Source: a phage
Strand: one strand, 5' to 3'
Assembly (NCBI GenBank): GCA_024686575.1
Contig: GCA_024686575.1_4863.1
DNA length: 64,000 bases
Made by a program: the position numbers and the translations under genes. Numbering within the stretch: position 1 is the stretch's first letter; each line of letters begins with the position of its first letter. Shown one piece after another: positions 46,999 through 55,340 of this stretch. Below the pieces are notes generated by a model. That model made no database searches. It was given only the letters and a program-made list of their open reading frames with translations, and was not told the origin of the DNA.

Positions 46999-48297
46999 TT
47001 AGGTGATGTGGAATTTAGGGATGTACTCTTTAACCACGGTTTCACGACCGTGCATCGCACCCATTGCAGTGGTCATAACGTTCGAGAAGCCGGATGAGAT
47101 ATCCGCAGCGATTGCCCGTGGCTCTTCTGCTTTGTGTGCAGAGGCGCACGCCGCACAACAGTCTACGTGACCTTGCTGACATAAGATGGGTCGGCGGAGT
47201 CGAACAACTTTACCGAATTGCGTTTTCAAATACTCTTCGGTGAGTTGGGTAACTTTACCGTTAATCATCGCGTTCATGCCAACATAACGCTTGTAGTTAT
47301 ACTGGTTAATTACAAGTGCATGAGTCAGTTTTGTCCCGCAATCTCCAGGCACGATTTTGTGGTTCTGGAAGATCATCTGGATGATACGTACCTGCTCACC
47401 ACCCTTAGCGGTTTCTGCACCACGCATGAAGGAACCTTCACGAGTGTCATTGAACTTCTCTACCAGGTACTTCATCCCGGTCTGATCAACTTCCATCAGA
47501 CTCGTTGGGATTAAGGTAAAATCTGCACCTTCTTTAAAAGCGGTCTGAATACCATACATCAGCATCAGCTTACGGCGACGCATACGCGCTTTAGGCGAGC
47601 TGTAGAACTCAACGGACTGGTCGCCACTCAACCACTCTTTATCAAGTTCGTCGAGAGCTTTTTCAATCATAACGATAACCGCAGGGTTATCCAGTTCGTC
47701 TTTGTGCTTCAACAGCAACGCATCACGTACCTTATACGCGTCAGGATGCGTTGTAAGGCTTCTAATTGTTCCTGTTGGGGCAATCCCACGACACAACGGA
47801 GCAAGCTCGTGTAGACCCCCTACAAAGCGTCCTATCATGTATGGCCGAATCGCGTCTTCGTTGTCTGGATCGGTGTCATCGTATTCCACACATCGTTCGT
47901 ACATCTCCTTACGGTAGGCTAGCGGGTCACGGGACTCTGCCAGATACGGGAGACGGGTACCGAATGCGTAATAGATAGCAATCCAGTTAAAGACATAGCG
48001 ACCCACGGTAGTCGGAATGGGACCAGCTAGACCTGGGTACATCTCAGGACGCAATTCAAACTGCTCTTCCGGCACGAACAGCTCTTCATCTTTTTTGCAC
48101 CCTTCAATCGGCACCCATTTAATTTCTTCGTTTTCCCAGTAGTGGGGCAAGCCGTCAATGTAGTTCAGGTCGTATTGCTCAGGTGGCTCACCTTTTTCAT
48201 TAAAGATTGCCACGTTGAAAACCGCAATACGCCACACCAGTCTACGCCAAGCTTCTGCTTTACACGCAGCGACCAGATAATCAATCTTGTTCATCAT
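46999..48297 (-). CDS. hypothetical protein with C-terminal cysteine cluster
   Basis: 432 aa ORF; C-terminal HVDCCAACASAH cluster; no confident family assignment. Confidence 0.7.
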   Translation of the reverse strand: MMNKIDYLVAACKAEAWRRLVWRIAVFNVAIFNEKGEPPEQYDLNYIDGLPHYWENEEIKWVPIEGCKKDEELFVPEEQFELRPEMYPGLAGPIPTTVGRYVFNWIAIYYAFGTRLPYLAESRDPLAYRKEMYERCVEYDDTDPDNEDAIRPYMIGRFVGGLHELAPLCRGIAPTGTIRSLTTHPDAYKVRDALLLKHKDELDNPAVIVMIEKALDELDKEWLSGDQSVEFYSSPKARMRRRKLMLMYGIQTAFKEGADFTLIPTSLMEVDQTGMKYLVEKFNDTREGSFMRGAETAKGGEQVRIIQMIFQNHKIVPGDCGTKLTHALVINQYNYKRYVGMNAMINGKVTQLTEEYLKTQFGKVVRLRRPILCQQGHVDCCAACASAHKAEEPRAIAADISSGFSNVMTTAMGAMHGRETVVKEYIPKFHIT

Positions 48298-49165
48298 CTA
48301 CCTCCGCGTCCCCACTAGCGTATATGACTTTCAACGCTTCCAATCCTTTCCGCAAGATTTCTCCAGGCGGGACGTTGTCGACGTTCAACAGGGCAAGGTT
48401 CTTTTCTAAGTCACCGTAAGCCCCATCAAACTCCGCATGAGGAATAATCGATAAGCCCACCGCATACATCGTCAGCAAATCAATTTCGCTAACATCTTCT
48501 ACGCGAAACTCTAACGACTGCTGCACCACCGTTAAGTCTGGCTCAGCAGGCAGATTCATAAAGACAAACGCTGACGGGTTCTCAGGGAACAACCGCAAGT
48601 AAGCGACGATACGCTCTTGGCGCTCATCGTCGCTGTTTCGTTTCTGGCTTTCCAACGACTCTGCTGCTAAGAAGTTTTCCATCACGGTAAGCACGCGTGG
48701 GCTGACAACAGTAATCAGGTCTTCGAAGTGCAGGTTTTCGTCACCGTAAACATAACGACACATGTTCTCCAGGATATACTCTGGTGTCTCACCAGAGGAG
48801 ACAATCCCGTAAAGGGCATCACTGTCTTCGAACTCCTCGAAGGCTTCCAACACACCGTGAAGGATACGTACGGTTTCTTTCGGTTTCTGGAAGACGATTT
48901 GTGGATTAAGTCCGATACCGAGGCGGTTGCCTAATCCAACCGCTACCTTCACGATAATGGATTCCAGACGGACAGTTTCGTCCGCGTGGTCAGACAACGG
49001 GTTGCTATAAACATCGGATAACGCCACATCGTAACCGTAATCCATACCGAGCGTCACTAAATCTAGCATCGGTGCTGCACGACCTTCGTGACGGTTGACT
49101 GTCAATACAGCCGCATAGTCGGTATAAATATCAATCATGGCTCTGTTCCATAGTGAAAAGGGCAT
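48281..49165 (-). CDS. hypothetical acidic protein
   Basis: 294 aa ORF; alternative ATG 9 codons in (about 49138). Confidence 0.6.
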   Translation of the reverse strand: MPFSLWNRAMIDIYTDYAAVLTVNRHEGRAAPMLDLVTLGMDYGYDVALSDVYSNPLSDHADETVRLESIIVKVAVGLGNRLGIGLNPQIVFQKPKETVRILHGVLEAFEEFEDSDALYGIVSSGETPEYILENMCRYVYGDENLHFEDLITVVSPRVLTVMENFLAAESLESQKRNSDDERQERIVAYLRLFPENPSAFVFMNLPAEPDLTVVQQSLEFRVEDVSEIDLLTMYAVGLSIIPHAEFDGAYGDLEKNLALLNVDNVPPGEILRKGLEALKVIYASGDAEVDDEQD

Positions 49166-49177
49166 TCATACCAAGGC

Positions 49178-49210
49178 GAATAAAAAAAAGAAAACGGGGC
49201 CGAAGCCCCG
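49178..49210 (-). terminator. rho-independent terminator
   Basis: Stem CGGGGC/GCCCCG with CGAA loop followed on minus strand by TTTTCTTTTTTTTATT. Confidence 0.7.
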
Positions 49211-49218
49211 AATTTCTA

Positions 49219-49590
49219 TTAATGTCCCGTCAGATCTTTCTCCAGCTCCTTTAACGCACGTTCACCTGCCACCTGCTCGCCGGCTTTGGCGATAATCGCT
49301 TTGCGACGACGGATATTGTCGAGCATCAGCAGTATCTGCCAGCGGGGGCGGTCGAGGAACTCGTCTATCGACATCCGGTAGTTTTCACCGACCTCTTCAC
49401 GTAAGTAAGTGGCGTACCAGATATCGTAAAGACTACCGTATACCGGGTTTTCAAAATCCGACAATCCTACCTGATGGTCGCCGGTATTAAGAGCCAGTGT
49501 ACGGTCATACGCTTCCAGAAGCTCGTTATGGGCTTCCTGATACGTAATAGGACGTGTGCTACGCTGCTTGAAGAGAGAGGTGGTATCCAT
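49219..49590 (-). CDS. hypothetical protein
   Basis: 123 aa ORF; terminator immediately downstream. Confidence 0.6.
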   Translation of the reverse strand: MDTTSLFKQRSTRPITYQEAHNELLEAYDRTLALNTGDHQVGLSDFENPVYGSLYDIWYATYLREEVGENYRMSIDEFLDRPRWQILLMLDNIRRRKAIIAKAGEQVAGERALKELEKDLTGH

Positions 49591-49634
49591 CTTGAGCGTT
49601 GTAATGATTTGCTCGGACGGAACGTCTTCCTGGT

Positions 49635-51605
49635 CTAGCCAATATCGGCGTATTGATCCAGCAAGAATTTCTGAATCTCGGACACCACTCGAGAGAGCAC
49701 GAAAAAAACCCTGTCCGGACTGATGGTAACAATACCGCGATACAGACCGTCTTTCTCGCCGTGTGTTTTACCACACGCCGGGCAGCGTTTACCCATGTAA
49801 CCGAATACCGCTAAACGTGTACGTTCGTTGTATTCAGCAATCGCGTTTTCAAACTGACCAACGTAGATACGGTCGGAAGACAGCTCTTCCAGCATCTCAA
49901 CGATTTTCGCTGTGTCGGTTTCAGTTTGTGGGATAACCTGCATTTCACCGTTTACTTCACGTTGCTCATTAACGGTGATAGATTTCACCATGTGAGCGTA
50001 ACGCGTTAAGCGACGGGCTTCTGCAGTTAAACGCATATGGGATTCACGTTCACGCTCGGTAGCAAATTCAGACAGCGCTGCCGTAGTTGACGCGTTAACG
50101 TCTTCAATCCACTTCTCGGTGGAGTCAAAGAAGCTACCCAGGGTAGAACGGCCAAATTCAACACGCACGTCGTGGTATTCAAATACCGAAGATGGGTCAA
50201 CCTGATGCGCTGCGATATATTCGCGCTGTTCTGCAATAGAAATCACTGGACGCTCAGTACCGCGTTGACGTGCCCACAGTTGTTTCTGCAGGTCGCTAAA
50301 CAGACCGGAACCGAAACGGATACAGCGTGCGATATTCAGCTTCACATCTTCCTGCTGGTTGCAGCCGTCTTCGCCACACATCAGCGTCCATGGAATACCA
50401 GACGGCCACTTCGCCTGCAACGGACCCAGAATAACCAGCCAGTAGTCAGCCAGATCAATGGTATCCAACAGCACCGTACGCAGATCGTTACCCGCACAAT
50501 CGATGGTTGCTTCGGTAACAAACTGAAGTGCGAATTCAACCATGTGGCGCATGTACACGCCAGAAGACGACGACAGCATCAAACCATAGGTCTGCATACC
50601 GATGGTCGCAGTTTCCAGCGTTAGACGCATGTCGAAGTCACAAAGGTCGCGTTCATGCGGTGCGCGGAAGCCCACGTAGATACCTGTGGCCGGCAACCAA
50701 ACCATGTTCGGAATACCCGACTTACGTACACGACGCAAAGCAGCCAGCGCGCCAGTGTGCATATTGTCACGCGGTGCAATAGCACCAGATGCCTTGCCGT
50801 CCGGCAACATCACGCGCTGTTCCCAAGCGGTATCACCACGATCCAGTGCACCAGCAAATGCCGGTACGCCGTCCTGTAGACGTGGCGGGGTCATGTTCAA
50901 AGCACGATAGATGTCGTCGTAAACCTGTTGCTGTTCAGGGCTTTCGAATAGCAGCCGACCGTCTTTCGGTGAACGTTTAATGTTACCGAGGAACTTTTGC
51001 AGGGAGTCTGCAATGATGTTAGGGTCTTGTTTCAGACCAATCAACATCTTCGACTGTGTCAGAATACGATCGGCTTCATCCTCACCCATTTCGGCGGTTT
51101 CAGCTAAATGGGTATTACCGAAGTCAATCTCACGCATCTGTTGTTGTTCCGGAACCTTCGGTGCAGCATCTTCCATTTCTTTTACAGCCGGCTGTGCCGG
51201 TGCAACCGCTTCCGGAGCTTTTGGCTGCGGAGCAGGTTCTACCACAGGCGCTTTCTCTACTACCGGTTCCGGGGCACGATGTAGGTGCTCCTGCACCTGT
51301 TCAGAGAAAGTCTGAGCTGCCGGTGGTACAGGCGCAGCAGGTTCAGGCAACGCCTCTTCTACAAACGTCGGACGCTCAAGCTTAGGCTCCGGACGATGAT
51401 AGTGTTGGTGATAAACTTCTTCTGCACGGGCAAAAGAAAAATCGGGATTGGCTTGTTTAATAGCCATGATGATTGCATCCGAGGTCGCGTCATCAGGCAC
51501 GGTCGGAAGAATCATCTCTTGTTGGGTAGCAGCCGCCACAGGGGCTGGCTGGTCGGGATTAGGGCGACGGGCATTACCCGGACGCTGATCTTGGATCTCA
51601 GACAT
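49635..51605 (-). CDS. hypothetical protein with Pro-rich N-terminal region and C-terminal CxxC pair
   Basis: 656 aa; residues about 60-140 are Pro/Ala/Glu/Val rich (PEPAAPVPPAAQ...PAPQPKAPEAVAPAQPA); C-terminal GKRCPACGKTHG. Confidence 0.7.
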   Translation of the reverse strand: MSEIQDQRPGNARRPNPDQPAPVAAATQQEMILPTVPDDATSDAIIMAIKQANPDFSFARAEEVYHQHYHRPEPKLERPTFVEEALPEPAAPVPPAAQTFSEQVQEHLHRAPEPVVEKAPVVEPAPQPKAPEAVAPAQPAVKEMEDAAPKVPEQQQMREIDFGNTHLAETAEMGEDEADRILTQSKMLIGLKQDPNIIADSLQKFLGNIKRSPKDGRLLFESPEQQQVYDDIYRALNMTPPRLQDGVPAFAGALDRGDTAWEQRVMLPDGKASGAIAPRDNMHTGALAALRRVRKSGIPNMVWLPATGIYVGFRAPHERDLCDFDMRLTLETATIGMQTYGLMLSSSSGVYMRHMVEFALQFVTEATIDCAGNDLRTVLLDTIDLADYWLVILGPLQAKWPSGIPWTLMCGEDGCNQQEDVKLNIARCIRFGSGLFSDLQKQLWARQRGTERPVISIAEQREYIAAHQVDPSSVFEYHDVRVEFGRSTLGSFFDSTEKWIEDVNASTTAALSEFATERERESHMRLTAEARRLTRYAHMVKSITVNEQREVNGEMQVIPQTETDTAKIVEMLEELSSDRIYVGQFENAIAEYNERTRLAVFGYMGKRCPACGKTHGEKDGLYRGIVTISPDRVFFVLSRVVSEIQKFLLDQYADIG

Positions 51606-52218
51606 TAGCCGCTTCCTCGGTTTCTACTACAACGTCATTGTGATCGACGATGGCGTTTTTAGGGAGTTCCTTCGAATTATTAGCCAGAGCTTCAGCCAAC
51701 AGAACTTCGGCTTGTTCCACGGTATGACCGTTATTCAGCGCCTGCTTCACGAACTTCACTTTCGCGTTATACGTGGAGAAGATTTCGATACTGGTGCCCT
51801 GAATATCCATCGCAAGCATGTTTGCCCGCTGGTCAATCAGGGACAGTTCGGTGTGGTCGACGTGGAACTGGTCTTTGATTTCTTTCCACGTTTTGCTGTT
51901 ATCGTTCAGCATGTCAAACACCGGCACAGCCTTAGCATCTGCCTCAACAATCAGTTTACCGAACAGCTCTTTGCCTTGCTGACACATGCCAAGGAAAGCC
52001 GCCTGTGCTTCATCCAGCGCTTTCAACGTAAAGGCTTTCAGCTCTTCGTGCGTAATGGCTTCAGTTACTTCACGCTCCCGATCAATTTTGCCTGACAGGA
52101 ATTCGGTACTTTCGATAAACACAGCTTGTTTTTTCAACACAGACTGCATCATCGCCTTGACGAAATCGCGGGCGTCTTTACGTGGGTTATAAGCGGGTTT
52201 CTTTTTGCGACGACTCAT
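51598..52218 (-). CDS. hypothetical protein with basic N-terminus
   Basis: Track ORF begins at a TTG (52260); ATG at 52218 (MSRRKKKPAYNPRK...) has an AAAGGA Shine-Dalgarno 9 nt upstream. Confidence 0.6.
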   Translation of the reverse strand: MSRRKKKPAYNPRKDARDFVKAMMQSVLKKQAVFIESTEFLSGKIDREREVTEAITHEELKAFTLKALDEAQAAFLGMCQQGKELFGKLIVEADAKAVPVFDMLNDNSKTWKEIKDQFHVDHTELSLIDQRANMLAMDIQGTSIEIFSTYNAKVKFVKQALNNGHTVEQAEVLLAEALANNSKELPKNAIVDHNDVVVETEEAANV

Positions 52219-52278
52219 CGTAATAATCCTTTTGAAATTAGGGGTTGGGTGTATACACAATATACACCCAAAACGTGA

Positions 52279-52662
52279 TTAACTTGCATCGTGTGGAACA
52301 GTCACCCAATCGTGCCATTTTTCAGAGTAAAGACGATAAGCCATCTTTGGATTCTGATCGACACTACCGGCCGGGTTCTCATTCCACAACACGTACGTAT
52401 ATAACTCGTACGACGAAGTGTTACGGATACTTGACGTGCGGGTGACGTAGTACGTCAACCCGCGTTGGTTAAGGAACAGGCCGCTGTAATGTTCAGTGAC
52501 CATGTAGTAGTGAAACGCCTGGTTGATAGTGGCGTCGGTACAGAGTTTCTTAGCGACGTCTTCTACGCCGGGATACGCCTTTAGAATGTTTTCGAGAAAA
52601 CTTGCTAAAGTCATTCCGATGTAGGGTGGCAGCGGCTCTGCTGGACGCGGCGGAGTGAGCAT
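52279..52662 (-). CDS. hypothetical protein
   Basis: 127 aa ORF with AAGGAA Shine-Dalgarno before ATG at 52662; overlaps the 3-prime end of the helicase ORF by about 113 nt in another frame. Confidence 0.5.
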   Translation of the reverse strand: MLTPPRPAEPLPPYIGMTLASFLENILKAYPGVEDVAKKLCTDATINQAFHYYMVTEHYSGLFLNQRGLTYYVTRTSSIRNTSSYELYTYVLWNENPAGSVDQNPKMAYRLYSEKWHDWVTVPHDAS

Positions 52663-55294
52663 GTGATTTCCTTACAACGTAGGGGGATGTCGCAATACGG
52701 AACGACAATACGACATCCTTGAGTGATTTCTGACGGGCATTCAGGTAATTGCAATGCTTCGGTACGTTATACGCATGGAATAACCACACCGTTGGGTCTA
52801 TTTCACCCCATTCGTTGTGGAGAATCTTACGTGGACGACCGGCCATCTGTTCGTTCAGTTGCTGGTCTTCTACCGGGGTTGAGATGTACATGTGTACCAA
52901 CCCAGGTTTATCGACCGCAGTCCCCGCTTTCCCCGGTGTGGAGATAGAGAAGTCTGCTTGGATAAAGTCGTCATACGAATCGCCTGCATTATATTTCGCC
53001 ACCATCAGTGGATGGAATACAGGGTCACGCGATAACTTATCTTTCACATACTCGGTAAAGAACTCACACATCGCTACCGTAGCAAAGAGTATCAAACATT
53101 TTTGGCCAGGCTGATACCGTTTAAGAAACGATTTCTCAACCACATCCCAGATCATGTTTGCGTATTCTAAATGCAAGTTCTCTTTAATCAGCTTCCCTTC
53201 GAAGAGCTTGTGGTTATACGGCGTCATCTTCGACGCCCACCACGCAAACTTCTTATCATCCAGTCGATAGTACAACGCCTTCACGTCAACCACCGGAATG
53301 ATTGGAATACTGATTCGGTACTCCATTGGGAAACGTTCTAAATACCGCTCCGCGATAAAGGCTTTACTGCTACCCGGCTTAAGAGTTGCAGACATCTCTA
53401 TCGATGCCGGCGGATTCAACATTATACCAGCCATGTAAACGAGGTGAAAATGCTCGTGCACCTCATCCATCGCCACCAGACCCACACCCAGAACATCATA
53501 AAACGTATCCAGGTCCACAGGGTTAGTCGCAGCAGTGTTAATGTACTCCTTCAGGAAACGCTGTAGAGAGACCGTGGGGAGGATTATTACCTTAATACCA
53601 CGACTATCTAGCTCTCCCGACTTACCCATCTCCAGTGCGTCGTAAATCGCCTGTACGCCTGTACAAACTAACACCTCGTCACGAAGTATACGAAGTCCTG
53701 TTTCATCATCACAGACGTCAAACAGCCATTTGGGAACGTACGACGGACGGTGAATCAATGCGGTACGGGTTCCCCGTTTAACCATCGACTTCATACAGGT
53801 CTTGGTGTTGTGCGTAACAATCCACTGTCCCAGAACGTACAGATGTTCATCGTTGTCGACAGTAATGCACGAACCATGACTCTTCCCAACATACACGATA
53901 GACTTAACACGGAGTTTCAGTGTATCGTTGTATTGACCGTTGTCGCGACACAGCGCTTTCTTACGCGGGAGGTTGAACAGCATTGAAGGTGTCTTGTGCC
54001 TAATGAACACCATATAAGCCAATTTACCTTCTCTACGTTCTCCTTTGTAAGTAAAGAACGGACGTTTTGTGGATATAGTTGCAATACCACCTAACGATCT
54101 CACCAACTCCTGGACGCCCAACGCCAGCGACTCGCTGGTGCTACAATACGACGGCTGCCCTCCATCTTTATTCACGGTTCCGTCCGTGTCCATTAAACCG
54201 CGCAGCAGCTCCCAGCGTTGCTCAATCGAGCCTTCAAAATATTCATCCGGAATATATTTTCTATCAGACCCTTTCCCTAGAAGACCGTGGTCCTGCAAAT
54301 AGAGCGGCCAGGACATCGGCACTTCACGTCTGCGACGACGCATTCTATACTGATAACGATCGGCGGGAACCATCTCGGTATCGTCAGGTAAATACTTCCT
54401 CACCAGCTCGACAGTTTCTGGATCGGCTGATGTGAAGCCTACCGCGCCATTTTCACAGGCGTGGCCGTTTCCCAAGAATGCCCCCATGAGATACGGATGT
54501 ATTTTAAAGCACTTTTCACTTGTCTCTTCCGGTTCAGGTAACGGAATGTAGACTCGCGGGTTCGGCATTGCAATCAGTCGCTGAATTTCTTCCGTACTTC
54601 TTACCTGCCACCGAGTGTTTGGTGTGGTATTGACGTAGTAGGATTGCCAGAGATGCTCTTTACCGACCACAGTCTTACGTCCGTCAGCAAAAGTTATCTC
54701 GTAAAAATCCCAATCTTCATGCGGGTACACCGCCGTCACATTCGTCGGCTTCCCATCCCTACCGATTACCACATCCCCGACTTCTAGCTCTCCATGTAAT
54801 TTCCACCCACCAGGAATCCTTACACGCTGATCCCATCTACAGACCTTTCCTCTTCCTGTTTGTATCGCGAAAACCGTTTGTGAACGCGATGGATCTGTTG
54901 CGGCGGCTACGACTTCATTCTGATAATAGAAACGCGACTCTGGGTCTGTTTCTTCCATCTTGAATCCGTAATTATCAAACGTGCACTTATAAGGTTCTGC
55001 ACGTTCAGGATGGTGCTCTGTTAGCTTGTACTGAAAAGCGTATTCAATTGCTGCTCGTTGGAGGATATGTTTAATCTTCTCAGCGAACACTTTATGGAAA
55101 ATGAACGTCCTTAAAGACGGAATGTGAGCGTAGTACGCGTCACCGCGTTCCGTAGTTATTCGTCCATGTTGCTTGCCCATCTTTGGGGCGTGCATATTCT
55201 CTTCGGCCCACGCGAGTATGGCCCTTTCAGCCTGGCGGATAGGGACTTCAACCCGTACCCCCATACTCGTGTAAGTCATTTGAATTTCTACCAT
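52550..55294 (-). CDS. DExH-box (SF2-type) helicase/ATPase interrupted by an intein
   Basis: 914 aa from ATG at 55294 (GAGG Shine-Dalgarno; track N-terminal extension rejected); Walker-A-like AIQTGRGKV, motif II AMDEVHEH, motif III SAT; about 345 aa intein inserted after GRGKV. Confidence 0.75.
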   Translation of the reverse strand: MVEIQMTYTSMGVRVEVPIRQAERAILAWAEENMHAPKMGKQHGRITTERGDAYYAHIPSLRTFIFHKVFAEKIKHILQRAAIEYAFQYKLTEHHPERAEPYKCTFDNYGFKMEETDPESRFYYQNEVVAAATDPSRSQTVFAIQTGRGKVCRWDQRVRIPGGWKLHGELEVGDVVIGRDGKPTNVTAVYPHEDWDFYEITFADGRKTVVGKEHLWQSYYVNTTPNTRWQVRSTEEIQRLIAMPNPRVYIPLPEPEETSEKCFKIHPYLMGAFLGNGHACENGAVGFTSADPETVELVRKYLPDDTEMVPADRYQYRMRRRRREVPMSWPLYLQDHGLLGKGSDRKYIPDEYFEGSIEQRWELLRGLMDTDGTVNKDGGQPSYCSTSESLALGVQELVRSLGGIATISTKRPFFTYKGERREGKLAYMVFIRHKTPSMLFNLPRKKALCRDNGQYNDTLKLRVKSIVYVGKSHGSCITVDNDEHLYVLGQWIVTHNTKTCMKSMVKRGTRTALIHRPSYVPKWLFDVCDDETGLRILRDEVLVCTGVQAIYDALEMGKSGELDSRGIKVIILPTVSLQRFLKEYINTAATNPVDLDTFYDVLGVGLVAMDEVHEHFHLVYMAGIMLNPPASIEMSATLKPGSSKAFIAERYLERFPMEYRISIPIIPVVDVKALYYRLDDKKFAWWASKMTPYNHKLFEGKLIKENLHLEYANMIWDVVEKSFLKRYQPGQKCLILFATVAMCEFFTEYVKDKLSRDPVFHPLMVAKYNAGDSYDDFIQADFSISTPGKAGTAVDKPGLVHMYISTPVEDQQLNEQMAGRPRKILHNEWGEIDPTVWLFHAYNVPKHCNYLNARQKSLKDVVLSFRIATSPYVVRKSHAHSAASSRAAATLHRNDFSKFSRKHSKGVSRRRRRR
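53807..54841 (-). mobile_element. intein with LAGLIDADG homing-endonuclease domain
   Basis: Starts with Cys after the P-loop and ends VLGQWIVTHN followed by Thr; LAGLIDADG-like motifs YLMGAFLGNGHA and LLRGLMDTDGTV; in frame within the helicase ORF. Confidence 0.7.
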
Positions 55295-55304
55295 GCTGCC
55301 CCTC

Positions 55305-55337
55305 TTCGCACAAAAAAAGAGGGGCGCAAGGCCCCTC
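55305..55337 (-). terminator. rho-independent terminator or attenuator between RNAP genes and helicase gene
   Basis: Stem GAGGGGC/GCCCCTC followed on minus strand by TTTTTTTGTG; helicase Shine-Dalgarno and ATG follow within about 12 nt. Confidence 0.65.
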
Positions 55338-55340
55338 GGT

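Noticed and set aside
46999-48297. 432 aa protein as the missing C-terminal part of the DNA polymerase
   Set aside because: Weak YDDTD and KLMLMYG matches are in the wrong order relative to polymerase motifs B and C, and the gene is on the opposite strand from the N-terminal fragment.
50172-51608. Series of overlapping 60-150 aa plus-strand ORFs
   Set aside because: All are embedded antisense within the 656 aa minus-strand gene, with overlapping frames and no translation signals.
52550-55294. Alternative call of the intein-bearing ATPase as a terminase large subunit
   Set aside because: Walker A/B spacing would fit a terminase and intein insertion at a terminase P-loop is common, but the SAT motif about 27 residues after DEVH is typical of SF2 helicases, so helicase is preferred. 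Not fully excluded without profile searches.
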